DNA of 63,854 nucleotides, filler included, from an uncultured Methanosarcinales archaeon (GTDB taxonomy: Archaea > Nanobdellota > Nanobdellia > Woesearchaeales > JABMPP01): assembly GCA_964604995.1 (NCBI GenBank). It is 4 parts of 4 records of this genome, joined end to end, with 100 filler letters (N's around TTAATTAATTAA, not from the genome) between each part and the next. Parts side by side here need not be neighbours in the genome. Positions count along the whole stretch, not along the records: positions 50,363 to 63,854 come from CAZSAD010000038.1; 3 more parts are not named here. The stretch is one strand, 5' to 3'. How positions within the stretch are numbered: the first letter of the stretch is position 1; the number at the start of each line of letters is the position of its first letter. Both the position numbers and the translations under genes were made by a program. The notes under the pieces are model-generated. The model was not told the origin of the DNA, did not search any database, and saw nothing but the letters and a program-made list of their open reading frames with translations. Below, piece by piece: positions 50,577 to 59,490 of this stretch.

Positions 50577-52064
50577 TTATCCGAGGAATCCTCTTAAATG
50601 TCCTGCTTTTATTATATTTTCAGCCATTGAGCCAGTATTCATATGTTTATAGTCTTTCAAAATCTGTGTTGTTAGAGCTTTATGTTCTTGATTGATTTCA
50701 AAATCACATAATTCTGTTGCTTTTTCTATTGCTTTTTGAATTGGCAAAGGGAAAAAAGATAGGTTATCTTTGTTTAAATATTGTGCAGCATCTTTAAAGT
50801 CACTTACAAAATTTTCATAGCTTAAACTCATAGAATCTATATCTTTTTGAGTTAAAACATTTAATCCTAACAGTTCAGGAGGAAGTCCTAATGAATAAAG
50901 TGTCGCACAAAAACTTATTGCTCTTGGAAGTTTTATTCCAGCTGATGCTCTAGAATATCCAAAAAGACCAATGTGTAATTTCCTTTTTCTTCTTTTTGGA
51001 ATATAAACTGAAAATTCATTGATTTGTTCAGCTATTAAATGGATTTGTTTTTCATATTCAGATGAAATCTTTTCAAATACTTCAAGACCTTTTTTCTCAT
51101 CAATAAATTTTGGACTTGCTCTTTTTCTCTCATTAAGTTTTTCTATTGCCTTTCTTACAGTTTCTTCTTGATAATCATATTTGAATGCTGACTGTAATGT
51201 AAATGTTTGAACAGATGGATACCCATCCATTATTGTATCAACATTTGTTGGTTTTAAATTACCTCTAAAAGGAACTGAGCCTGCGCCAAGAATTGGATAA
51301 ACTGGTAAGCTTAGCTTTTTTTCCATTTCAGCAAGTCTTTGCAATACTATTTTGATTAAAATTATCGTTGGAAAAGATCCATAATTCAAAGCAGGATCGC
51401 TTCTTGCAAGCCAAACTCTATAATAATCATCTATTTTTTGATTTTTGATATATTCTTCACAAATTTTTGCAGAGTTTAACATTGCATCTTTTGTTTCAAA
51501 TAATGGGGTAACTCTTAATTTTTTAGGATAAAATTTTCCACACCATTCGCTAATATTTATATCTCCCTTTGCTAGAGTTTTATTTTCTTTGCCAACAACG
51601 TGTTGTTTGTAATATTCAGAAATTCTAATAAGTGATTTAGTATCCATTGTCATTGGAAGATACACTTCAGAAATAGGAGGGGTATCTTTTCCATAGAACA
51701 TTCTTGCTATGTCTGAACTTCTAGGTATACTTTCTAATGCTTCCAAAAGAAGTTTTGCTTCGCTATGTTCAACATCAGGATTTGGAACTCTTGGTGTCAA
51801 AAATATGTCTTTGCCAAGTACATTATTTCTAAAAAAATCTTCGTATTTAGAAAACAACTTTTTTACAACAAAATTATCAACTTCTTTTCCTTCAATATCC
51901 CAAAGTTGCTCCTTTGATTTTAAGTGTGAGTATACATAAAATGCTTCAGTTATTTCATCTTCTCCACCCATCATAGCATTTTCAGTAAAAAATGGTTGTT
52001 TGGCATTGTCAGGATGTTGAGTTGACATTGTTCTTGATATATTATATTCCATGTTACCACCCAA
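50577..52064 (-). CDS. ppcA: archaeal-type phosphoenolpyruvate carboxylase
   Basis: MSTQHPDN, WDIEGK, PLFE, ARSDPALNYG, GSVPFRG, HIGLFGYSR, PRAISF. Confidence 0.96.
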   Translation of the reverse strand: MGGNMEYNISRTMSTQHPDNAKQPFFTENAMMGGEDEITEAFYVYSHLKSKEQLWDIEGKEVDNFVVKKLFSKYEDFFRNNVLGKDIFLTPRVPNPDVEHSEAKLLLEALESIPRSSDIARMFYGKDTPPISEVYLPMTMDTKSLIRISEYYKQHVVGKENKTLAKGDINISEWCGKFYPKKLRVTPLFETKDAMLNSAKICEEYIKNQKIDDYYRVWLARSDPALNYGSFPTIILIKIVLQRLAEMEKKLSLPVYPILGAGSVPFRGNLKPTNVDTIMDGYPSVQTFTLQSAFKYDYQEETVRKAIEKLNERKRASPKFIDEKKGLEVFEKISSEYEKQIHLIAEQINEFSVYIPKRRKRKLHIGLFGYSRASAGIKLPRAISFCATLYSLGLPPELLGLNVLTQKDIDSMSLSYENFVSDFKDAAQYLNKDNLSFFPLPIQKAIEKATELCDFEINQEHKALTTQILKDYKHMNTGSMAENIIKAGHLRGFLG

Positions 52065-52111
52065 TTTGTTTTAGTAGTTTTTTATAAATTGATTATAAAT
52101 TAATTTACGTT

Positions 52112-53293
52112 TTAATAATTATCTTTTATGAATAATTCAATTCTATCCATTGCTTTTATTAGATTTTGCATTGATGTAGCATAACTCAATCTTAAATATC
52201 CTTCTTTACCAAATGCACTTCCAGGCACTGTTGCAACAAGAGCTTTATCTAAAAGTTCATTTGCAAAAGAAAGGGAGTTTTTATTTAATTTTGAAATATC
52301 AGCAAAACAATAAAATGCACCTTCTGGAATATCACAACTAATACTCTTTATTTTATTTAATCTTTTAACCATATAATCTCGTCTTGTTTCAAATTCTTTT
52401 CTCATTGTTAAAACACTTGATTGATTACCATTTAAAGCTTCGAGTGCTGCCATTTGAGAAATTGAACTAGGGTTTGAAGTCATTTGACCTTGTAATTTAA
52501 TCATTGCAGTTATTATTTCTTGGTTACCTGCTGCATATCCAATTCTCCACCCAGTCATTGAATGTGATTTTGAAACACCATTCACAGTTATTGTAAGATT
52601 TTTGATTTCACTACTCAAAGATGCAATGCTTACATGTTTTTTATCATAATTTTTTCCATAGATAAGTTTTTCATATATTTCATCTGACATAACTAAAATA
52701 TTTTTTGCAACTGCTAATTGTGCAATTTCAATTAAACTTTGTTTGGATAGCACACTTCCTGTTGGATTGCATGGTGAATTAATCATAATTAATTTTGTTT
52801 TGTTAGTAATTTTTTTATTGATATCAAAAGCTTGTATCTTAAAATCTTCTTCTTCAACAAAAATAGGCTTAGCGCCAGCAAGTTTTACTTGCTCAGAATA
52901 GCTAACCCAATATGGTGTTGGGATTATAACTTCATCACCCGGATTTAAAATTGATTGACAAAGATTGTAAATTGAATGCTTAGCTCCACATGACACTAAT
53001 ACTTGTGAAGGCAAATATTCCAAATTATTTTCATTTTTTAATTTTCTGCAAATAGCTTCTCTTAATTCAAGTGTTCCAGAAGTATCGGTATATTTAGTAT
53101 AACCATTATCTATTGCAGATTTTGCAAATTCAGTTATATTTTTTGGTGTTGGAAAATCAGGCTCTCCAGCACTAAGACTAATTACCTCTTTTCCTTCACG
53201 CTTTAAATTCTTAGCTCTTTTTTCAAATGCCAATGTTTGGCTCTCTTCTAAAGATTTTACTCTGTCACTAAGAACTGATTTGTTGTTGTTCAT
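52112..53293 (-). CDS. aspartate aminotransferase (PLP class I)
   Basis: GEPDF, NSPCNPTG, SDEIY, SKSHSMTGWRIGY, LRLSYA. Confidence 0.93.
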   Translation of the reverse strand: MNNNKSVLSDRVKSLEESQTLAFEKRAKNLKREGKEVISLSAGEPDFPTPKNITEFAKSAIDNGYTKYTDTSGTLELREAICRKLKNENNLEYLPSQVLVSCGAKHSIYNLCQSILNPGDEVIIPTPYWVSYSEQVKLAGAKPIFVEEEDFKIQAFDINKKITNKTKLIMINSPCNPTGSVLSKQSLIEIAQLAVAKNILVMSDEIYEKLIYGKNYDKKHVSIASLSSEIKNLTITVNGVSKSHSMTGWRIGYAAGNQEIITAMIKLQGQMTSNPSSISQMAALEALNGNQSSVLTMRKEFETRRDYMVKRLNKIKSISCDIPEGAFYCFADISKLNKNSLSFANELLDKALVATVPGSAFGKEGYLRLSYATSMQNLIKAMDRIELFIKDNY

Positions 53294-53414
53294 TGAAGTT
53301 TCACTTGTTTTATTATCTATTATTTTTAATTCATAACTTATATATTTTAATGTATTTTATTATTCCTCAGTAAAATATTCCTATATAAAATAAAAAATTA
53401 AAATCAGATTAATA

Positions 53415-53657
53415 TCACTTAGCAACAATCATAGTACTTGTTAATTTTACTTCTGACAAGCTTCTAATGTTTTCCATCACAAATGTACCAAGTTCTTCAG
53501 GTGAACTAACTTCAATTTTAGCCATAAGGTCCCACTCACCAAATAAAATATGAACATCTATAATTTCTTTTAATTTTTGTAGTTGGGTTTGTACTTTTTT
53601 TTCATCGCTGTGTTTTAATGATACGAGTACATATGCTATCATATTTAACACCTCCAT
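53415..53657 (-). CDS. stand-alone Lrp/AsnC ligand-binding (RAM) domain
   Basis: AYVLV...VHILFGEWDLMAKIEV...IRSLSEVKLTST. Confidence 0.88.
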   Translation of the reverse strand: MEVLNMIAYVLVSLKHSDEKKVQTQLQKLKEIIDVHILFGEWDLMAKIEVSSPEELGTFVMENIRSLSEVKLTSTMIVAK

Positions 53658-53777
53658 TTATACGCTTAGATATTTATTCCTTATTTCTTTAATTTAAAAA
53701 GCTTGAGAAAATTATTAATAAATTTTTAGATAATATTTACCAATCTTTAAAACATATCTTTTAAAATTATTTAAAAA

Positions 53778-54506
53778 TCAAATTTTTCGAACAAAACTTA
53801 AAAAGCCAGTGTGTCCAATTCCACTTGATTTTGGTCTAACTTTCCTATCTTCTACTTCCCACAATCTTTCAATAATTTCGCATGTTTTGATAATGGAAAA
53901 TTTCCTACTTTTATAAATAGCATTGACAAAATCAGCAACTTGAGGAACACTTGGTGAATAGCTCACAAGAAATCCTCCTGACTTCAAAGCTTTAGCAGCA
54001 TGTTCTATTACATTCCAAGGTTCAGGCAAATCTAAAGTTATTAAATCAACATCTTTTTCATCAATTCCTTGGTAAATATCTTGATTTTTTATTGTTAAAT
54101 TTTTTAAACCAAGGTATTCTTTATTTTTTGAGGATACTAAAAAAAAGTCTTCTCTAATTTCATAAGCTATAACTTTTTTTACATAATTAGCCATAAAACA
54201 GCAAAGTGCTCCACTGCCAGCTCCAGCATCAATAACTGTACTTTTTTTATCTACTCCAGTTTCAGCTATAATTATTCCAATGTCTTTTTGAGCAACAATT
54301 TGTGGGCCCCTTTTAATTTTTCTATAAAGATCAATAAATCTAGGTTCAAAAATTGAAATTTCCTTACCAGTATTTGTTTTTACAATCCCACTCTTTTTTT
54401 TCAAATCCAATTTAGATACAAATCCAAATTCAGTGTGAAAATCTTTAGTAATATCTTTAACTAAGAATTTTTTACCATTTTCTAGCATCAATACTCTTTG
54501 TTTCAT
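53778..54506 (-). CDS. trmI: tRNA (adenine-N1)-methyltransferase
   Basis: KRGPQIV..KDIG, IDAGAGSG, YEIREDF, LDLPEPW, GHTGFL. Confidence 0.93.
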   Translation of the reverse strand: MKQRVLMLENGKKFLVKDITKDFHTEFGFVSKLDLKKKSGIVKTNTGKEISIFEPRFIDLYRKIKRGPQIVAQKDIGIIIAETGVDKKSTVIDAGAGSGALCCFMANYVKKVIAYEIREDFFLVSSKNKEYLGLKNLTIKNQDIYQGIDEKDVDLITLDLPEPWNVIEHAAKALKSGGFLVSYSPSVPQVADFVNAIYKSRKFSIIKTCEIIERLWEVEDRKVRPKSSGIGHTGFLSFVRKI

Positions 54507-54668
54507 TAACTAAAAGAAAGAAGGTTATTATAAAAAGGTTATTACTTAAGTTTAATTGCAAAACTAATCCTCATTCTAATTATATAACTCCTTTATAATT
54601 ACTTAATTATAATTACACGAATGAAGAAAAAATAAAAAAATAGAATAAAAAATTTGATATGAATCAAT

Positions 54669-54917
54669 TTATTTCTTTGACTTACCCTTCTCTTTTTTCT
54701 CAGAGATGCAGCATGTTGAGCAATGTGGGCATTTTGGCCAAATCATTCCCATTAATCCATAAAATGTTAATAATGCTCCAATAAATGTCCACCATAGCCA
54801 TCCAAGCCAATATTGATTTAGCAAGACCAAAAGGCCAGTTACAAAAATTGTCATGGACCAGCATCTACTGCAAGCGCCTACACAACAATCACTACCTTCC
54901 ATTCTTTCCACCTCCAA
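54669..54917 (-). CDS. small membrane protein flanked by Cys clusters
   Basis: CC..AC.RC, two TM helices, CPHC..CC. Confidence 0.65.
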   Translation of the reverse strand: MEVERMEGSDCCVGACSRCWSMTIFVTGLLVLLNQYWLGWLWWTFIGALLTFYGLMGMIWPKCPHCSTCCISEKKEKGKSKK

Positions 54918-55147
54918 ATATGCATCAATCCATGCATTTATGAGTTTATAATTATTTTGTGTTTTTATGTTTAAATAATTATTGCTTATTTTTGTTGAAT
55001 AAATTTTTTCTGATTTCCATTAATAAATACTACTTACTTAGAAAATTCTACACTTTTATTATAAAAGTAATAAATATTAGAAATAATACAAAAAATATAT
55101 AAATAACAATTATAATAATTATGTACTAATATACAAAAAACCACCTC

Positions 55148-55564
55148 ATGGAAACAAATCCTATATCAAAAACTAAAAATAAGGTAAATGAAAAACGAGT
55201 AAATATAGAATTCAGTCAAGATTTACATAGGCATGCTAAGGCCATAGCAGCTCTAAAAGGAGTAAATTTAGCTAATTTTATTCAGGATGCTATTGAACAG
55301 ACTGCTTCTTTAGATTTTCAAAAAAATTTAGAGCAATTAACAACTATTAAACAATTAAATGTTTCTTTAAAAGAAACTAATTTGGCGTTGTTAAAATCTA
55401 AAATTCCATCAATAAAAATCAACATTGGTATTTCTAATGATCTTCACATTAAAGTAAAAGCAATCTCTGCAATTAGGAACATAAAAATGAATCAATATTT
55501 TGAAGATGCTATTAAAAAATTAGTCGAAAAAGAAAAAAAGGTACTCAAAAAATATGAGCTTTAA
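55148..55564 (+). CDS. tandem ribbon-helix-helix protein
   Basis: KRVNIEFSQDLHRHAKAIAA...LANFIQDAI and KINIGISNDLHIKVKAISA...MNQYFEDAI; overlaps the next gene. Confidence 0.78.
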   Translation: METNPISKTKNKVNEKRVNIEFSQDLHRHAKAIAALKGVNLANFIQDAIEQTASLDFQKNLEQLTTIKQLNVSLKETNLALLKSKIPSIKINIGISNDLHIKVKAISAIRNIKMNQYFEDAIKKLVEKEKKVLKKYEL

Positions 55565-58229
55565 AATTAAAAATACATTCGAAAAAAAGAAGAACCCTAA
55601 TAAAGTATATAGTAAAAATCTAGTTTTAACTCTAATTAACCAATTACTAGTTTTAACTATAATAATTTTAGTATCTTCAAAAGTTAGTTTAGCTACAGAA
55701 AATTATACTTTATCCTGGAATCTTACCTCTACTTTAGAATATGGCACACAATCAAGAATCTTTTTGGCATTCAATTCAACAAATCCTTTTAATGGTACAA
55801 TTAATTTAATCTCGAGCCAAGGTCTGACTACAAATCCAAGTTTATTTTTATTTCAAGAACAAAATTTTACAAACTTGTCAGGAATATATAACGGAACATA
55901 CAATGGAACTTATGGGGGGATATATAACATTTTAATAGAATTCAATATTACTTCATCAGCTCTTGGAAGTCATATATTAATTGCAAATTTATCAAATAAT
56001 TCAAACCCACTTTTATTACTTTCAAATTATACTCTTGTTGTCGACACCACTGCTCCAATAGTAACCTCTCAAGAAATAATTCCTATTGCAGCACCAAATA
56101 ATCCAGTTACTTTAGCTTTGAATACTAGCGAAAATGCAACTTGTAAATTTAGTAATAATGACACAACTTATGATAATATGTTTGATGGTTTTTCAGTAAC
56201 TGGTTCTACTTACCATCTAAAAACCTTGATAGGTTTAATTGGGTCTTACACTTTTTATGCTAGATGCACCGATTTATACAACAACAAAATGTTAAACTCT
56301 TCTATTTTTAGTTTTACAGTTCAAGATTCAGTCCCGACAGCAAAAATTGTATTAGATAATCCCTCTCCAATTAAAGCTGGAACTTTTCAAGTTACTTTAA
56401 TTGCATCTAAAAATCTTCAACCAACACCAATGTTACAATATGGATTTAGTTCTGCACCAACTGCATTATATGAAGTTCCTTTAGCAGGCTCTAATAATAT
56501 CTGGTCAGGTTATATAACAATAAACCCTCAAGATGATGGTAAAATAGGGGTATTTCATTTCCTTGGTTATGATTTAAGCGGGAATAATGGCAGTTATATA
56601 ACTGAAGGGAAAATTTTTGTTGTAGATAACACTAAACCAATTGCACCATTAAATATAGGGATTGTTAGAAACTCAAATAATGATGTGGAACTTGAGTGGT
56701 ATTATGATGGTGAACAAATAGATTATTTTAAAATATATAAAAAAATAGAAAGTGGCGTTGATTATATTGATACTTTTGCAACAACAAAAAATAGTTATTA
56801 TCTTGATACAACTACACTAAAAAATAATTCTTATTATTATAAAGTTTCTGCAGTAGATAAAGCTGGTAATAATGGAGCACTTTCAGCAGAAGTTAATGTT
56901 TTACCTCTTGTTGAAGAAATAGACACAGTTCCTCAAATTATAACTGAACAGCAAAATCAGCAAGTTTCAATAAATCAGCAAGATAATTTTACATCTACTC
57001 AACAACAAAGTGTAAATTCCCCATCACTTTTACAAGAAGATACAAAAATTGAAACACTCTCAAAATCTCTTTTAGGGCAAATTAGAACTTTAACTGTTGA
57101 ACTCGATTGGGCAGTAAACAATTTACAGAGAAATGATGATCCTGAGGCTCAGAAAATAATAGATATCTCAAATCTTATTCTAAAATCTAATGACGCAAGA
57201 GCACAACTTGCAGATATTGAAAATAATATCCAAGAAATTAGAACAAGTTCATTAGAAAATGAAGAAAAATTAAACAAATTAGAAAGTTTACAACTCACAT
57301 TGAAAAAAATTGAAAAAACGTCTCCTAAAAATGCAAGAATTGTAGGTAAAAGTGAATTTGTACAGCTTAATTTTGGTAACGAAACTGACGAAGTTGCAAA
57401 ATTATTTTATTTCAATGGGGACGAAACAACTGTCAAAGATTACCAAAAAGCAGTTTCATTATTTCAAAAAAATGTGGAAGTAATAACAACTATTACTCAA
57501 GTATTAATTGAAAATATTGACAGAAGTTATAGTAATAAAACTTTTATTAGGAAAACCATCTCTTATAAAAGTCCAGACACTGTAAATAATGTTGAACTAA
57601 CTGAAATTATCCCAAAAAATATTGCACAAGTATCTGATGAAATAGAAATTAAAACAGCAAATTCTCAAATTTTGCAGTCAGATCCAATAATCCAATGGGG
57701 GATTTCACAGTTTAATTATGAAAATAATGTTATCGAATATTCAATTGATAAATATATTAGCAGACAAGAAGCTGAACAAATAAAAACAGTTGTGCTTTTG
57801 GATAAATCCAATTTCAAATCCACTCTTCCTCCAAGCCTTGTCGGTAATGTAGTAAAAACTTTAGATGATAGTGGTTTTGGAAGTACTTGGAGAATACTTC
57901 TCTGGTTAGGTTTCATAACATTTATTCTTGTTTTAGTGTACTATGTAATTTATGTAAAAGGAGAAGAAGCAAGAGAAAGCAAAATATTAGTTAATCAAGA
58001 AGAACAAAAAGGTATTCAACATTTTAGTTATGCAAGTCAATTGCTTCTAGAAGCAAAACAGGCTTTAGATAAAGATCAAATAGACCGAGCTAAAGTTATC
58101 TATGATGAACTATCTGGGATTTATAAAAATTTACCAGATGACGCCAAAAAAATTTTATTACCAAAATGTGTTAATTTACACAGCAAAATAGAAAAAACCA
58201 TCAAAAATAATCAAAATAAATTCAAATAA
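55554..58229 (+). CDS. membrane-anchored surface protein (Ig/FN3 domains, coiled coil, C-terminal TM)
   Basis: Signal peptide, VDTTAP / VDNTKP, FN3-like YYYKVSAVDKAGN, TM ILLWLGFITFILVLVYYVIYV. Confidence 0.85.
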   Translation: MSFKIKNTFEKKKNPNKVYSKNLVLTLINQLLVLTIIILVSSKVSLATENYTLSWNLTSTLEYGTQSRIFLAFNSTNPFNGTINLISSQGLTTNPSLFLFQEQNFTNLSGIYNGTYNGTYGGIYNILIEFNITSSALGSHILIANLSNNSNPLLLLSNYTLVVDTTAPIVTSQEIIPIAAPNNPVTLALNTSENATCKFSNNDTTYDNMFDGFSVTGSTYHLKTLIGLIGSYTFYARCTDLYNNKMLNSSIFSFTVQDSVPTAKIVLDNPSPIKAGTFQVTLIASKNLQPTPMLQYGFSSAPTALYEVPLAGSNNIWSGYITINPQDDGKIGVFHFLGYDLSGNNGSYITEGKIFVVDNTKPIAPLNIGIVRNSNNDVELEWYYDGEQIDYFKIYKKIESGVDYIDTFATTKNSYYLDTTTLKNNSYYYKVSAVDKAGNNGALSAEVNVLPLVEEIDTVPQIITEQQNQQVSINQQDNFTSTQQQSVNSPSLLQEDTKIETLSKSLLGQIRTLTVELDWAVNNLQRNDDPEAQKIIDISNLILKSNDARAQLADIENNIQEIRTSSLENEEKLNKLESLQLTLKKIEKTSPKNARIVGKSEFVQLNFGNETDEVAKLFYFNGDETTVKDYQKAVSLFQKNVEVITTITQVLIENIDRSYSNKTFIRKTISYKSPDTVNNVELTEIIPKNIAQVSDEIEIKTANSQILQSDPIIQWGISQFNYENNVIEYSIDKYISRQEAEQIKTVVLLDKSNFKSTLPPSLVGNVVKTLDDSGFGSTWRILLWLGFITFILVLVYYVIYVKGEEARESKILVNQEEQKGIQHFSYASQLLLEAKQALDKDQIDRAKVIYDELSGIYKNLPDDAKKILLPKCVNLHSKIEKTIKNNQNKFK

Positions 58230-58326
58230 ATTATAATTCAATAAGATATTCACTAAACAAATAGTAATACTTAACCATCAAAATAAATTTATTCATAAAA
58301 AAATCATTAAAAAAGAGGTAAATAAA

Positions 58327-59478
58327 ATGAGAAATTTTGATAAAACTAAAAAAGCGGGAATATTTTTATCAATTCCATCACTCATTTTTTTTACATTTAT
58401 TTTTATTATTCTAATTTTATTATCAGTTTCACTAGTTTCAAAAAGTGCAAATGCTCTCGTATACCAAATAAACACAGTCTGTAAAAGTTCTCCTTGTATT
58501 TATAATCAAGAAGCATACTGGAATATCTCAATTTCTAATTATGGTAAAGATGATATAGAAATAACTAGTTTTGAATTAATTGATGAATTGTCTACTAACA
58601 CTTTTGCATCATATAAATATGAAGGTTTACCTACTGCTATTTATGAAGAAGCAGAAGGGGGAATTAAAATAAATTCAAATCAAAAATATTCTCTGATTTT
58701 AAATGGAACTGTTCCAATATCAAATGCTCAAAACAAAGTGGTTTTTTTTCCATGTTATGGTATAGCTGCCAAAAAGACTGACTCATATTATATTGCTAAA
58801 AATACTTATGAATTAAAATATTGTTCAAAACAAAATGCCAGTTTTGTTGCAGTAGAATGTATAAACAATACCAATTGTCAATCAAGTGAAAAATGTTTGC
58901 AAACAAAATGTGTTTCAATAACATGTGGTGAATGTCAATTTGCAGCTAATCATACTTGTAACAACTATGCTTGTTGTAGCGATGATGGTTGTACAACAGA
59001 ACAGTATTGCCATGATAATTCTTGCTCAAATCTTAATTGTGCAGAAGATGAATCTTTTTTTAATCATACTTGTGAAAAACTTTTTTGCAACGAAAATCAA
59101 TATTTAACAAATCACTCTTGTGCAAATTTGCAATGTCTTGAAAATGAAGGTTACATTGATCACAAATGTATAAAACTTGATTGTTTAGAAGATGAATATC
59201 TTAAAAATCATTCTTGCATTAAACTAGATTGTACACAAACGCAAGGGTATTTGAATCATGAATGTGTTGAGCTCTCATGCAAAGATAATGAGGAATATGA
59301 TAATTATACTTGTAAAATTTTAGATTGCTATTTTTTTCAAGATCCAAAATTCCATAGTTGTATTAATAATACTAAATCAATCATAAAAACATTTATTGAA
59401 GTTTCAGTAATACTTTTAATAGTTCTTTTATTAATACTAGATATAATTAAAGTGGAAAAGAAAATTGAGAAACACTAA
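58327..59478 (+). CDS. membrane-anchored Cys-rich repeat protein
   Basis: Signal segment, about eight 16-aa L.C...E...NH.C repeats, C-terminal TM. Confidence 0.85.
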   Translation: MRNFDKTKKAGIFLSIPSLIFFTFIFIILILLSVSLVSKSANALVYQINTVCKSSPCIYNQEAYWNISISNYGKDDIEITSFELIDELSTNTFASYKYEGLPTAIYEEAEGGIKINSNQKYSLILNGTVPISNAQNKVVFFPCYGIAAKKTDSYYIAKNTYELKYCSKQNASFVAVECINNTNCQSSEKCLQTKCVSITCGECQFAANHTCNNYACCSDDGCTTEQYCHDNSCSNLNCAEDESFFNHTCEKLFCNENQYLTNHSCANLQCLENEGYIDHKCIKLDCLEDEYLKNHSCIKLDCTQTQGYLNHECVELSCKDNEEYDNYTCKILDCYFFQDPKFHSCINNTKSIIKTFIEVSVILLIVLLLILDIIKVEKKIEKH

Positions 59479-59490
59479 GCAGGATAAATT

